Below are positions 43,869-54,903 of a stretch of DNA of 64,000 nucleotides, piece after piece. Where the stretch lies: the IMG/VR virus record IMGVR_UViG_3300012664_000155, positions 925 through 64,924 of that record; one strand, written 5' to 3'. Every line of letters starts with the position of its first letter. The stretch's first letter is position 1. This DNA is from a virus (lineage: Duplodnaviria; Caudoviricetes). A model generated the notes under the pieces. That model had not been told where the DNA came from. It saw nothing but the letters and a program-made list of their open reading frames with translations, and did not search any database. The position numbers were made by a program, and so were the translations under genes.

Positions 43869-46800
43869 TCTAAATATTATTTTTCTTCTTTCAGCCTCCT
43901 TAGGTTTTACCTCAGCATAACCACCTGACAATATTATCTTTAAGTTTTTATCACTTAAGTTTAACTTATCCTTTAGTTCGGTTCTAAGTTTACCAGAGTC
44001 GACACCTAATCTCTCAGCTGAGTTATAATCCTCCATCAACTGCTTATAGATTTCTTCTGTCTTTGAGTTAGCTTTTTCTAGAGCTTTTTCTTTTTCTTCA
44101 TCAGTTGCTTTCTCATTTCTAGAGATACTAGAGTACAACTCCTTAGCCTTATCAAGTCTGTCTCTATAGTCATAAACTCTATATCCAAAGCTCTCACCAA
44201 CATCAATCTTAATAGGTCTATATCCAGTTGAAGCGCCTATTACTTCTTTTAACTTATCTTCTGAATTTGATATTCTAAGAGCAGAAGTTACAGTTCCAGG
44301 TTGAGCAATTCCAAATGCAAATTCAGCAATATTTCCTGCTATTCCGTTCCAGTCATCTTCTGAGTTCCAGATAGGTCTGTCGTAGTTATCAGTACCAGAC
44401 ACTAAATTAAACATTGCCTTAGCGGTCATCTCTGGCTCAAGGAATGGTTTAAATATACTAAACATTGCCTCTTTAGCTCCATCTATAGGGTCATCTCCAC
44501 CAAAGAAAGCGTTGAATGCTTTACCTATGCCCCCATGTGGATCAGATGCAGACATATCAATATATGTTATTGTGCCATCACTATTCTTAATAGGGATTAT
44601 ATCTGACTGTGTAGACCATGGCGGTAAGAACTTTCTTAAATCTTTTTCTTTTTCTTTTTCATCATCATCATCTCCAAAGTATCCTGCTAATCCTGCTAGA
44701 CCCATTCCAAATGCACTTCCATAAAAAGAAAGTAACGCATTCTTAGCACTAAGATATGTCAATGTACCTATAACTCTCCTTGCTCCAATAGCTCTTATTG
44801 CTGGATTTTTGCTAGTTATCTCGCTCTTGGCAAGTTGCATTGTCTTGAATGCTGTTCTATATGATTCTGCCTGGAAAGATATAAAGTTACCAAGTAATGG
44901 AGATTTTCTAAGCGTCTTTACAATTTTAGGTATTCTACTAAATGTAGGCATAGTGTCCTTAACTATGTTAGCAACAGTTGCGTCTATTTTAGATCTCTCA
45001 GAATCTGTTAAATCTTTAACATCTTTATTAAACTCAGCTTTAGCGTATCTTCTTAGTTCACTTTCATAAGCAAGTACCTTGAAGAAGTCATCCTCTGCCT
45101 GATAAGCTGTTTCAGCAGCAGAACCAATTGATTTTGCAATTCTTTTTCCTCTTCCAAGTACCGAAGCAATAGGTTTCTTTTTTATACTAGGTCTCTTAGA
45201 TAGTCTCTCAGCTAGCGACTTATCAAAGTCAGCATCCTTGAACATATCTCTGATCTCTCCGATACCAGCAGATTGCTTCATTATACCTAGCTCTATGTAT
45301 TTATCTATTCTCTTTCTTATTTCTTCATTTGATGAGTTACTTATGTCTGAATATATTGCCTTAAATGCATCAACAGCACCAGATGTATGACCATTTACAG
45401 CTACGAAACCTAAGTTACCAAATAAATTCTTTGCATGAGTCATAACAGATCCAATGGTCTTACCCCATTTTATCATAGATATAGCCTTCATGTAGATCTT
45501 CATCAACTTTCCTAGTTCTCCTGGTAAGTTGTTGAATTCTTTTGCAATCTCAGGAGTTGTGTATAACCCATTTAATGGATTCATTGCATCACTTCCTGGA
45601 GCTGCTATCATTACATTATATCCCTCTGGACGTGTCTTCTCTGTAAATAGATATACTCCCATTCCTGTATCCTTGATCTTATTTAAGAAGTCATTCTTAG
45701 CAGAAAGAGCAGAAAGTTTCATGACTGTCTCAGCATAGTTCTGTACAGGATCAGTGAACTCACCCATTAACTGTCTAATCTCTATTGGAATATTAGTTCT
45801 TTCCTTGAACACACCAAGTTCTTTTGACTTGCTTCCAAGTTTTCCTCCACCTAGAAATTCATCTGCGCTTATCTTATTTGTGTATTTATCAATTTTATTA
45901 TTAACCAATCTATTCAACTCAAAGTCTACCTCAGTACCTTTTATTTTAGCTATTCTTTTAGCTTCATTAAGATTTTGTTTCATTAATAAATTCTTAGCTC
46001 TCTGTACAATCTCTTCCTTAGCCTTGTAATCTTTATTTTTAAACACCTCATAAGATCTGGTCAGATAAGAGCCTAAATTTTCTTGAATCTCTTTTGCTAC
46101 TTTTAATGGAGCTATACCTGCATTTATTATATTTCTAGATAATGCATCGATCTGATTACGCATCTCATTAGCAACGATCTTTGCATCGTCTGAAATATCT
46201 ACTTTTTTATTACCTCTTAGGTATGCGTCATAGTTCTCTAAAAACTTCTCTCTTAAATCTTTAGGTATAGCATTGTAAACCTTATTGAAGTCCTTAGATA
46301 TTCTAACAACTTTATTTAAAGCTTCAGCTATTGCTCCTTCCATATTTTCCTGAGCCTCAAACATCGAGTTAGTTCTGCTTCCCTTTGTAGTCAACTGATC
46401 TTTAGACCATTTCTTTATAGATTGAGCTATCTTAGGAAGACCAGTTTTTGGATCGTTCAAGAATACGTTGTCTTTAACAGCGTTATATCTTCGGATTGCC
46501 TCTTGTGATTGTGAACCCTTTATACCTTGATTTTCTAAATATTTTTTAATTGCAGCATCAGTAAATCCTTGATCTTTTAATTTTTTAATCGTATCATCAA
46601 TATTTAACTGATCTCTAGATAATGAATCAGTATTTAGCTTTAATCCTCTAACAGATACACCACTTGAAGGATATACTTTTTTAAATCTATCCTCAGTAAC
46701 TATTTTTTTTGTTTTAAAATCTTCAAAAACATCAGACCATGTTACTCTATCAGTTAATATATGAAGCTTAACCTTTCCATCAGCTTCAATAGCTTTTGGA

Positions 46801-49800
46801 TATGATTCATGTTTATCAGAGTCAACATCTTTAACCATTCCATCAACTTCTAGTATAGCATAAACCTGACCTCCTTTTGTTCTGTCAACACCAGTCTTAA
46901 GGAGTGGTTCTGTAAGCATTTCAGAAATACCTTGCTTTAAATTTGTTGCAGATATTTTAAAACCTCCACCGTCTTTTTTAGATCTTGGAGAAGCCTTAAA
47001 TGATTCATTCTTAATTCCTTCGCTGAAAAATTTAACAAATTGATCTTCAGCTTTAGGATTTTCTTTAATTATATTTGCAACATTTGATATTAAACTTTCT
47101 GCAAAAAACTTTCTATCATCAAAAGAACTTTTCTCAGGGTCTAATTTTTTAGAAATTTCAGATTTAATATCATCTATAGATAATCCAGGTTTTAAATTTA
47201 ATTTTAAACCTACTTCCTTCATTCTATATTGTTTATTTCCTTTTGAATCTAATATAGGTTCTTTTGTATTTTTATCAACAATTGCTGTTTTTCTTATTAC
47301 AAATTTATTTGCTGCATCAAGTAAAGATTGTTTTACTTGTGTTTGATTTATTGAGAAATTTTTATCAAAAGCTTTTGATATAATAATCTCCATTACACCA
47401 TTAGAAGCTGTAGTGCTTGATAAAAGTTTATTACTAGGAGCTGTTGTAAGAGCCATTAATATCTTACCTCCATTTTCTTTATAAACTTTATTCAAATCTT
47501 TAGCCATTTTTTCAGCAGCAGATTTAGTGCTTGCCCAGAAATAACCATCTTCATGAAACTTTATTGGATAATAAACTCCATCTTTCCCTTCTACAAGAAG
47601 TTCACCATTTTTGTAAATCATTCCAGAGAACGCTGCGTCTGGTTGGTGTAAAAATATAGTTTTTCCATTAAAATCTGATATAGATTTATCTTTTGTTATA
47701 TATCCTTCTTCTTCTAAAGCTTTAAATTTTTCTGTGTTTTTATCATAAACAAATTCTACTTTAGATGCAGGATCTATAAAATCAGCTTGAAATCTTGAGT
47801 TTGCATCTGCTATCTCTTCAGAAGAAGGAATAATTTCAACATCAGACTCAGTTATTTCCTTACCGCTTGCAATCTTACCTGCGATAGTTTTAAGAGCGTC
47901 ATATGTATCGTTTGTTCTTTCAAGACCAAACATATCTGCTAACTTATTAATCCATCTAGTAATAATATCCTTAATAGGCGTTGTAAATGAGTTGTAGTTC
48001 TCAGCTAACTTACCAATAAACTCAGCTAGTTTCTCTTCGTTCTGTAAATTACTTTCATACTGAGAAGAAAAATCATCTAAGTACTTTTTTAAAGATGGAT
48101 TTTTATCAATCTTTTGAGCGATAGCATCAACTAATTTTTTAGTAATATCCTGAGCGTTAGCGTTTGTCTTAACCTTATTTAGTAACACAGCATGGAACAC
48201 CTCGTGAGCTACAGTTCTAGCGTTAGCATTTACTGAATTTATATGTATTATATTTGTTTTTGAATCAAACTTACCGTTAGAAAACTTACCTTTATCACCA
48301 ACAGCTTGGTTATATTCTTCCTGTGTAGCATGAACTTTTATTTTAACTTCTGGCAACACATTAGACAATGCCTTTGCAGCTCTAGAAACAGATCTTGCTA
48401 TACGTTTGTTTTTAATTCTAGATACCTTTTTATTTATCTCCGCATCTGTTCCTGAAATAAACTCACTAATTGCCTCAACCTCGCTTTCAATTGCTGTTTT
48501 CTTTGGGTTAGGGATGTATATTTTTTTAGATTTATCACCATTTTCATACACAAATCTTCTTCCATCTTCACCTGTTATAATCCTTTGATTTTTCTTAACA
48601 GTTCCGTCCTGGTTGTTTTTAACCTCTACAGATTTACCTGTTGGTGAAACCTTAGTAGAGTACTTATCTTGACTAGTAGTATTATCGGTAGAATCCTCGT
48701 ATTCACTTTTTATAAATCCTTCATTATCAATGTTAGGATCTTTTAGTGTTTCTATCTCATCTTGTATTTTGAATGCCTCTTCTTCAGATAAACCACCCTC
48801 CTCAAGTTTAGATTCAAGTTCTGATATTCTTCCTAGATTTTCAGTTTCTTTTGATGGATTAATAGTTTTAGTGACAGGCTGTTGAGCTTCTTTAGTAGTA
48901 ACTTCTGAAGTTTTTTTAATGTTTAAATTAGGATCTAAATCAACTTTTTCAAAACTATCAATAGTACTGTCTTTAATATCTTTATAAACATTTGAGGTGT
49001 TTTCTATTGCTTTTTTAATAAGAATATCTGAAATATTATCAGGCAAGTTTCCGTCATCTTCTATAGTAGCTATTGTATAACCGTCTCGACCTAATGTTGT
49101 TCCATTTACTCCCTTTATTTTTAAACCTGCTACTATATAATTTTTACCTTTACGTTCTATTTTAGTAACGAAAGATTTTCTTTTAGCCATTTTATCATAT
49201 ACTTCATTTGATCCTCTAACATCAAATGCGTTATTAGAAAACATGATAGCTCCTTCGTTCAATCCACTTAATGATATATTTTTTTCTATTTCCTCTTGGC
49301 TGCTGATATTGCTATCGCCAGTATCTGCGCTCGGCTTCTCGGTTTCCCCGACTGCCCCTTCTCCTTGCCCGATTTCTTGTTGTCCTTCATCAGTTCCTTC
49401 ACGTTGTACGATATAGCCTTCTGTACTGACTTCTTGTTTGTTGCTTTCTTTAGTGGCATTTTCTCCGATTGTTTTTAGTTCGTTATTTATTTCTTCTATT
49501 CTAGCTTTTTGATTATAAATAAGACTCTCGTCTTTTCCATCAATTTCTTTCTCTATTTTCTTTCTTTCAGCTAATAATTTAAAAGATTGTGTCTTGTCTT
49601 CAATATTATCTGGTATCTCTTTTAATAAACCTATAGATTCATTTAGTTCTTGAACTTGATCTTGTGCTTGTTTAGTGGTTATTTGACCATTAAGAACTTT
49701 ATATTTTAAATCTTTTTCAAATACTTCTTTTACAGCTGGATCTTTTGCTAGTCCTTCTATTTGTTTAACTTGATTAGACGTTCTAGTTTCTCTAGTAGTT

Positions 49801-52007
49801 TGTAAAACTTGTGGTATAGAAGACATTAATGCACCTCCTAATAGTCCTAATTTATAGCTTTCAGAAACTCTATCAAGCATCTCACCATAAGTTCCATTTT
49901 TAAAAATATCTTTTTCTTCAATTGCATTATAGGCTTCTTTTAAACCAATATCAGCCATTTCTTGTAATGCTTCTGTTGTTCCCTCTACATTTCCTTTAGC
50001 TGTTAAATTAAGGACACCTTTAGTGATTAATGTTTTTACATTTGAGTTTATAGCATTGTCAATAGCTTCTTTCGATGCATCTTTAGGAAGATCTTTAAAT
50101 GCTTTAGATATTATCCAAGAAGTAACTTTCCCTCCAACTGGAGTTTTAGTAAACCATTTAGACATACCAAAAGATTCTAATTTAGATGATACATATCCGT
50201 AAGCACCGCTTAATAATACTTTATCAGCTTCACTAATTTTTGCAGTATCAGGATCTGAATTTATTTGATCCTTAAAATTCATATAAGAACTAGCAGCCAT
50301 TCCAATTTGACTAGGACTTAATAATGCTTTCTTAGTTATGTTTTTAATTATTTCTGTACCAGTTTTTTTTATTAATGCTCCTTCAACAGCAACAGCTTGT
50401 CCTGCCCCAGGAATTGGAATTGAAGCAGCAGCTCCTAATGATTCAGCTATACCAGCTATAGTTTTTTCTAAGTCCCCTCTTTTATTGCTAGATATATACT
50501 CTTCAGTAATTATACCAGGGAGTATATCATTAAAATCTTCCTTGCTTAATACATCTGTATTATATATTCTATTCCCTTTTGAGTCATAAACTGGAGTTTC
50601 TGTGTAATCATGTAATTCTTTTAAAGCTCTAGTAGTTTGAATAAATCCATTTGCAAAGCCTGCTAATATATTACTTGCAGCATCACCTCTATCTTCATTA
50701 GCTAATGCTTTTTCAGCAATAACTTTTTCCATTAAATCTCTATCTTCTCCTATAGTTTTTTTCTCTTCATTTATTTCTGATAACTTATCTTTTATATTTT
50801 GTTTTTTAAATACATAAGCCTCATCATTTACTATACTGTTGTATTGATCTAATGTTATTTCTCCATTTGAATATTTTTCTTTTATTTCATTATCGAATTC
50901 TTGATCTTTTTTAATTTCATCTTTCAATATTACAGCATTAGCTATTAGTCTAGATGTGTTTTCATTAAAAGATTTATCTGCATCTTTTATTTTTTTATCA
51001 CCATACATTGCAGCAGATGCATATTTACCTTTTGATAAAGCATATCCCTTTCTGTAAAATTCTTGCTTCTTTATTTCTTTATTTACATCTGATAATTCTT
51101 GCTCAAGAGATTGAGTATTGACCCCCTGCCCAGAAGATAATTGATTAGTTATATTTTTTCTTTTTTCTACTAAATCATTATACTTCTTAAAAGATAAATT
51201 AGATTCTATAAAACTTCCTAATATATTCTTTTCAGTTTCACTTCCATCTAAATCTACAGTAATTGTCTGATCAGTTTTCTTATTAGTAATCTTTAACATA
51301 TTACCAACACCAGTTTCTTCAAAATCAAATATATCATCTGGAGTACCTCTAAATTTATTTCTTAAATCTTCAACAGTTTGTTCTTCTGTCTTGTTTACAT
51401 AATTAGAAGCTTCTTTAGATATTTTTTCAACTCTATTTCTTTCAAGTACAATAGGATCGTTTTTCTCTAAAACTTCGAAATCTTTTTTAAATAGCTGTTG
51501 TTGTTTTTTATCTGTTTTTGTTTGAGCTCCTGTACTTTTACTAACTACTGGAGCAGCCTCTGGCTTCCATGTAATGCTTTTTTCATAATCAGCATCAAAC
51601 AATGGACGAGCTACTTTATCTAAATATTCAGATTTTTTCTTTATATCACCTTGTTGAATCTGCTTGAAATTTCCATTTCTATTTACATCTGTATACCAAT
51701 CATTACCTACCTTTTTAAATACAGCTGTAGAATTAGGTGCTGAATATAATTTACTTTCCGAACCAGAAGATACCGAAGGCTTTTTTATTTCCGTTGTTGA
51801 TGTAGCCAATGATACATCTCCCTGATTTTGTTCTGAAGGAGACACCATAGTGCTTTTTTTTTTAACGCTTCTTCCTGTTGGAAATACAGGTCCTTCACCT
51901 TCTACTGAAGGAGATGCACCCTTTTCTTTAGAAATTACAGGTCCTTCATTTTGTTTTAAATTAGATTTTTTTCTTCCTGTTGGAAATATAGGTCCGTCGT
52001 TATTCAT
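43866..52007 (-). CDS. giant polyvalent virion/ejection protein (zincin HExxH module, LPD38-like C-terminus)
   Basis: 2713 aa; IHINSVNANARTVAHEVFH metallopeptidase motif; last gene of the internal-virion cluster. Confidence 0.7.
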   Translation of the reverse strand: MNNDGPIFPTGRKKSNLKQNEGPVISKEKGASPSVEGEGPVFPTGRSVKKKSTMVSPSEQNQGDVSLATSTTEIKKPSVSSGSESKLYSAPNSTAVFKKVGNDWYTDVNRNGNFKQIQQGDIKKKSEYLDKVARPLFDADYEKSITWKPEAAPVVSKSTGAQTKTDKKQQQLFKKDFEVLEKNDPIVLERNRVEKISKEASNYVNKTEEQTVEDLRNKFRGTPDDIFDFEETGVGNMLKITNKKTDQTITVDLDGSETEKNILGSFIESNLSFKKYNDLVEKRKNITNQLSSGQGVNTQSLEQELSDVNKEIKKQEFYRKGYALSKGKYASAAMYGDKKIKDADKSFNENTSRLIANAVILKDEIKKDQEFDNEIKEKYSNGEITLDQYNSIVNDEAYVFKKQNIKDKLSEINEEKKTIGEDRDLMEKVIAEKALANEDRGDAASNILAGFANGFIQTTRALKELHDYTETPVYDSKGNRIYNTDVLSKEDFNDILPGIITEEYISSNKRGDLEKTIAGIAESLGAAASIPIPGAGQAVAVEGALIKKTGTEIIKNITKKALLSPSQIGMAASSYMNFKDQINSDPDTAKISEADKVLLSGAYGYVSSKLESFGMSKWFTKTPVGGKVTSWIISKAFKDLPKDASKEAIDNAINSNVKTLITKGVLNLTAKGNVEGTTEALQEMADIGLKEAYNAIEEKDIFKNGTYGEMLDRVSESYKLGLLGGALMSSIPQVLQTTRETRTSNQVKQIEGLAKDPAVKEVFEKDLKYKVLNGQITTKQAQDQVQELNESIGLLKEIPDNIEDKTQSFKLLAERKKIEKEIDGKDESLIYNQKARIEEINNELKTIGENATKESNKQEVSTEGYIVQREGTDEGQQEIGQGEGAVGETEKPSADTGDSNISSQEEIEKNISLSGLNEGAIMFSNNAFDVRGSNEVYDKMAKRKSFVTKIERKGKNYIVAGLKIKGVNGTTLGRDGYTIATIEDDGNLPDNISDILIKKAIENTSNVYKDIKDSTIDSFEKVDLDPNLNIKKTSEVTTKEAQQPVTKTINPSKETENLGRISELESKLEEGGLSEEEAFKIQDEIETLKDPNIDNEGFIKSEYEDSTDNTTSQDKYSTKVSPTGKSVEVKNNQDGTVKKNQRIITGEDGRRFVYENGDKSKKIYIPNPKKTAIESEVEAISEFISGTDAEINKKVSRIKNKRIARSVSRAAKALSNVLPEVKIKVHATQEEYNQAVGDKGKFSNGKFDSKTNIIHINSVNANARTVAHEVFHAVLLNKVKTNANAQDITKKLVDAIAQKIDKNPSLKKYLDDFSSQYESNLQNEEKLAEFIGKLAENYNSFTTPIKDIITRWINKLADMFGLERTNDTYDALKTIAGKIASGKEITESDVEIIPSSEEIADANSRFQADFIDPASKVEFVYDKNTEKFKALEEEGYITKDKSISDFNGKTIFLHQPDAAFSGMIYKNGELLVEGKDGVYYPIKFHEDGYFWASTKSAAEKMAKDLNKVYKENGGKILMALTTAPSNKLLSSTTASNGVMEIIISKAFDKNFSINQTQVKQSLLDAANKFVIRKTAIVDKNTKEPILDSKGNKQYRMKEVGLKLNLKPGLSIDDIKSEISKKLDPEKSSFDDRKFFAESLISNVANIIKENPKAEDQFVKFFSEGIKNESFKASPRSKKDGGGFKISATNLKQGISEMLTEPLLKTGVDRTKGGQVYAILEVDGMVKDVDSDKHESYPKAIEADGKVKLHILTDRVTWSDVFEDFKTKKIVTEDRFKKVYPSSGVSVRGLKLNTDSLSRDQLNIDDTIKKLKDQGFTDAAIKKYLENQGIKGSQSQEAIRRYNAVKDNVFLNDPKTGLPKIAQSIKKWSKDQLTTKGSRTNSMFEAQENMEGAIAEALNKVVRISKDFNKVYNAIPKDLREKFLENYDAYLRGNKKVDISDDAKIVANEMRNQIDALSRNIINAGIAPLKVAKEIQENLGSYLTRSYEVFKNKDYKAKEEIVQRAKNLLMKQNLNEAKRIAKIKGTEVDFELNRLVNNKIDKYTNKISADEFLGGGKLGSKSKELGVFKERTNIPIEIRQLMGEFTDPVQNYAETVMKLSALSAKNDFLNKIKDTGMGVYLFTEKTRPEGYNVMIAAPGSDAMNPLNGLYTTPEIAKEFNNLPGELGKLMKIYMKAISMIKWGKTIGSVMTHAKNLFGNLGFVAVNGHTSGAVDAFKAIYSDISNSSNEEIRKRIDKYIELGIMKQSAGIGEIRDMFKDADFDKSLAERLSKRPSIKKKPIASVLGRGKRIAKSIGSAAETAYQAEDDFFKVLAYESELRRYAKAEFNKDVKDLTDSERSKIDATVANIVKDTMPTFSRIPKIVKTLRKSPLLGNFISFQAESYRTAFKTMQLAKSEITSKNPAIRAIGARRVIGTLTYLSAKNALLSFYGSAFGMGLAGLAGYFGDDDDEKEKEKDLRKFLPPWSTQSDIIPIKNSDGTITYIDMSASDPHGGIGKAFNAFFGGDDPIDGAKEAMFSIFKPFLEPEMTAKAMFNLVSGTDNYDRPIWNSEDDWNGIAGNIAEFAFGIAQPGTVTSALRISNSEDKLKEVIGASTGYRPIKIDVGESFGYRVYDYRDRLDKAKELYSSISRNEKATDEEKEKALEKANSKTEEIYKQLMEDYNSAERLGVDSGKLRTELKDKLNLSDKNLKIILSGGYAEVKPKEAERRKIIFR

Positions 52008-52016
52008 TTTATTTAT

Positions 52017-53729
52017 TTATTTATAGTAAGCATCAAATAATTGTTTGTCTGTATAATTTTTATTTCTAGGATCTTTTCTAGCCGCACTTAAATTTGCGAA
52101 ATCTTGGCTACTAATTTTTACACCTCTCTTTTTAGATATGTAACCTAAGCTCTCCTTGAAGTTATATTTATTAGGCTCTATTCTATTTTTTAATTTTACG
52201 TTTTTTCCTTCTTTTCTATCTTGATAAAGTTGAGCAGCATTTTCAATTTTATTTCTTCTTTCCGCTGGAGATTTACCTCCATATAGGTAATCACTTAAAT
52301 CAAATATATTTGAAGCTACACCTGCAAAACCTCCCTCTTTAGTATATACTCTAAAACCAGGCTCTGTCTGTTCTAAAAAATCACCATTTTTATCTTTTAG
52401 ACGTTCTCCAGTTTTATCGTCCACTGGATAATTCGGTTTAAATACATAATCTCCTCTAGTTAATGATGTAAGAGAATCAGCTGATTTAGCTATATCTGGA
52501 GAATTCCATATATCTACTGCCCTCTTATACATATCATAATCAGCTTCTTGATCATCTTCTTCTGGACCATTACCATCACCGCTAGGTCGTTGAGGAGCCC
52601 ATGTGGTAGGTGTCTCACCTTTCATTTTGGTTTCAATCTGCATTTCGATTTCTTTTCTTGAAATCTCAACCGCTCTTTGGTATTGCTCCTCTGTCATCTC
52701 AGGCTGTAGAACTTGAGCATCATCCTTAACAAGCTTATACATATTGTTATTGATGTCGCTAATTTCTTTTTCTGTTAGACCTGCTTTTTCATCCCAAGTT
52801 CCAGCTGCTTTTTTAGTTTCTATTAAGTTATCAATTTGAGATTGAACTAAATTTTTTCTTTCATCTTCATTTTGATAAGGAGTAAGAGCTATACCAGCAT
52901 TATCAGATAATATACTATGTATTGATCTTGGGTTAGATTTATTAACTAAGCTCTTAGCTAAAGTCAATACTCCTTCTTTATATTCAGCTTGGTTTCTTAT
53001 AGATTCTATAGATGTCCATCCATTTCTAACTCCAGCTTCCCATTTCTCAACAGCCTTCCAATTTTTAACAGAACCTTGTGCCGTTTCTCTTAACTTATAT
53101 CTATCAGCTTTTACATTCTCAGGTTTATTTAAAACCTCTGGATCATACATATCAACAATCTTTCCAGTATTAGGATCAACCTTACCTATCTTAATGAATC
53201 CATCAGTATCAATAGCTCCAGTCTTACCTTGAAGCTCCATCAATGATCCTGTTATTTTAGCCATGTCAATCTCAAATGCAGCACCATCTCCTCCAGCTGA
53301 TTGTCTTTTCACAGCATCAGCTATTTTAGTATCAAGAGTAGCAACAGAATTAATAGTTCCCTTGAAACTATCATTCATGTTATTCAGTATTCTTTTATAT
53401 TCAGTATCAGAAATCTTACCTTTCTTTAAGTCTTGATTTAATTCATAAGCTTTATTAACACCTGCCTCTGTAATATTTAAGAATAAATTACCAAGTGTTT
53501 GATTTGCTGGAACTTTAGCTTGTTTGAACTGCTTGTCCATCTCAGTAAACTGATCATCAAGCTCTTGCTTTCTTATAGCTCTATTGTTACCTATATCGTA
53601 AATTGTCTTGGACAGACCGTTTGTTAGTCCGTTCCAATCTATAGCTTCTGATGCTATATATCCTGAATTATCTAATGGCATAATTATGGTATTACTTGAT
53701 TTTGATAACCTAAACCAGACGCTCCCCAA
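52017..53729 (-). CDS. putative internal virion (ejection) protein
   Basis: 570 aa, helical; position; probable start MPLDNSG. Confidence 0.55.
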   Translation of the reverse strand: MGSVWFRLSKSSNTIIMPLDNSGYIASEAIDWNGLTNGLSKTIYDIGNNRAIRKQELDDQFTEMDKQFKQAKVPANQTLGNLFLNITEAGVNKAYELNQDLKKGKISDTEYKRILNNMNDSFKGTINSVATLDTKIADAVKRQSAGGDGAAFEIDMAKITGSLMELQGKTGAIDTDGFIKIGKVDPNTGKIVDMYDPEVLNKPENVKADRYKLRETAQGSVKNWKAVEKWEAGVRNGWTSIESIRNQAEYKEGVLTLAKSLVNKSNPRSIHSILSDNAGIALTPYQNEDERKNLVQSQIDNLIETKKAAGTWDEKAGLTEKEISDINNNMYKLVKDDAQVLQPEMTEEQYQRAVEISRKEIEMQIETKMKGETPTTWAPQRPSGDGNGPEEDDQEADYDMYKRAVDIWNSPDIAKSADSLTSLTRGDYVFKPNYPVDDKTGERLKDKNGDFLEQTEPGFRVYTKEGGFAGVASNIFDLSDYLYGGKSPAERRNKIENAAQLYQDRKEGKNVKLKNRIEPNKYNFKESLGYISKKRGVKISSQDFANLSAARKDPRNKNYTDKQLFDAYYK

Positions 53730-54415
53730 AAACCGCTTGGCTGAATTCCTGGGACTTGTGTACCGTAATCAGGTGATACATTAGCTATTGGAGCAGGATT
53801 ATAAGTCATTGGTGCATATGTATTTCCATTTGCTAATTGAGCTTTCTTTGCTTTTTTAGATGGATATAATGAAACTAATTTGTCCACATATCCTAACGTA
53901 TCTTCAGCTCCCTTAAACATTCCTTGAATACCCATCTGTCTATTCATTTGTGCTTCTTGACGATCTACGTTAGCTCTTTCTAACTGAGCTGAATATAAAT
54001 CTTCTTGTCTACCAACTCTTCCTGCTTCAATTCTAGCTTTATTTCTAGCTTGGTCCAGATCTCTTTGATACTTCATAGCATCTAAATCTCCACCAATTTG
54101 TCTATTTTGCTCCATATTAGCTTGAACTAATCCAGCAGCAGCACCTATAGCCATCTCAGGAGTGCCTGAAACCATCTGTAATGCCTGAGCTGTAGCTCTA
54201 TCTGCCGATTGTTGTTGTAGCTCAGACCCCATAGTAGGTACTTGAACCCCACTAAATACATCCTGCTCCTTAATATTTGCGTATGAATTCATTGCTTCAT
54301 TAGCATCTGATTCAGCTTTTCTTTTTTCTTGTGCTGATCCTGCAAATTGAGCCACGCTGAAGCCTGTTCCTGCTAAAGCTACTCCTGCTGAAATCAAAGT
54401 CGTTGCTGCTGCCAT
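53684..54415 (-). CDS. putative internal virion protein (gp14-like)
   Basis: Gly/Ala-rich hydrophobic N-terminus, Gln-rich helices. Confidence 0.55.
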   Translation of the reverse strand: MAAATTLISAGVALAGTGFSVAQFAGSAQEKRKAESDANEAMNSYANIKEQDVFSGVQVPTMGSELQQQSADRATAQALQMVSGTPEMAIGAAAGLVQANMEQNRQIGGDLDAMKYQRDLDQARNKARIEAGRVGRQEDLYSAQLERANVDRQEAQMNRQMGIQGMFKGAEDTLGYVDKLVSLYPSKKAKKAQLANGNTYAPMTYNPAPIANVSPDYGTQVPGIQPSGFWGASGLGYQNQVIP

Positions 54416-54464
54416 TTTATATATTTAAAAATTACTTATATAAGTCTATCCGACTTATTAACCC

Positions 54465-54472
54465 CAAAGTTA
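54465..54472 (-). promoter_or_regulatory. -7 box (TAACTTTG)
   Basis: TAnnTTTG upstream of ejection genes, followed by ataagtc/gacttat hairpin. Confidence 0.5.
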
Positions 54473-54501
54473 GTCAAAAAAATCCTACTATGAAAATTTA
54501 A

Positions 54502-54903
54502 TTATAAAATCTTAACCATTTCTTGGCAGTTGTTACTTCCTATGACAAAACCGCAATCTGAATATACATTGATTAAGTTCTGATTTTTTACAGATGTGTA
54601 TATGAACTTATACCCAAGGTTTTTAGCTATGGAGTTTATACTTTCAATTAAGTACTTTAGAGCCTCCTTACGATCCTTATTCTTATAATCGAAGTTAGAT
54701 ACTATAAACTCAATCCAAGCCACCTTAGAGTTAGTTAAATAAACAAATCCAGCGCATATATCTACACCATCCTTGCTAACTATAATACCACCTGTACCAT
54801 TCTCAGGTAAAAAATCTTTAGATGGTGCTGTCCATCGCCATTGATTCCACCAACCGACTAAGATGTTATCATAATCAGTTTCATTTAATTTTCTCCACTC
54901 CAT
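54502..54903 (-). CDS. GNAT-fold acetyltransferase (virion-module type)
   Basis: ICAGFVY...AWIEFIVSN...AKNLGYKFIY...YSDCGF. Confidence 0.7.
   Translation of the reverse strand: MEWRKLNETDYDNILVGWWNQWRWTAPSKDFLPENGTGGIIVSKDGVDICAGFVYLTNSKVAWIEFIVSNFDYKNKDRKEALKYLIESINSIAKNLGYKFIYTSVKNQNLINVYSDCGFVIGSNNCQEMVKIL

Noticed and set aside
43866-52007. Virion RNA polymerase as in crAss-like phages
   Set aside because: No DxDxD/DFDID-type catalytic motif was recognised, and host-type sigma70 promoters drive the early genes.
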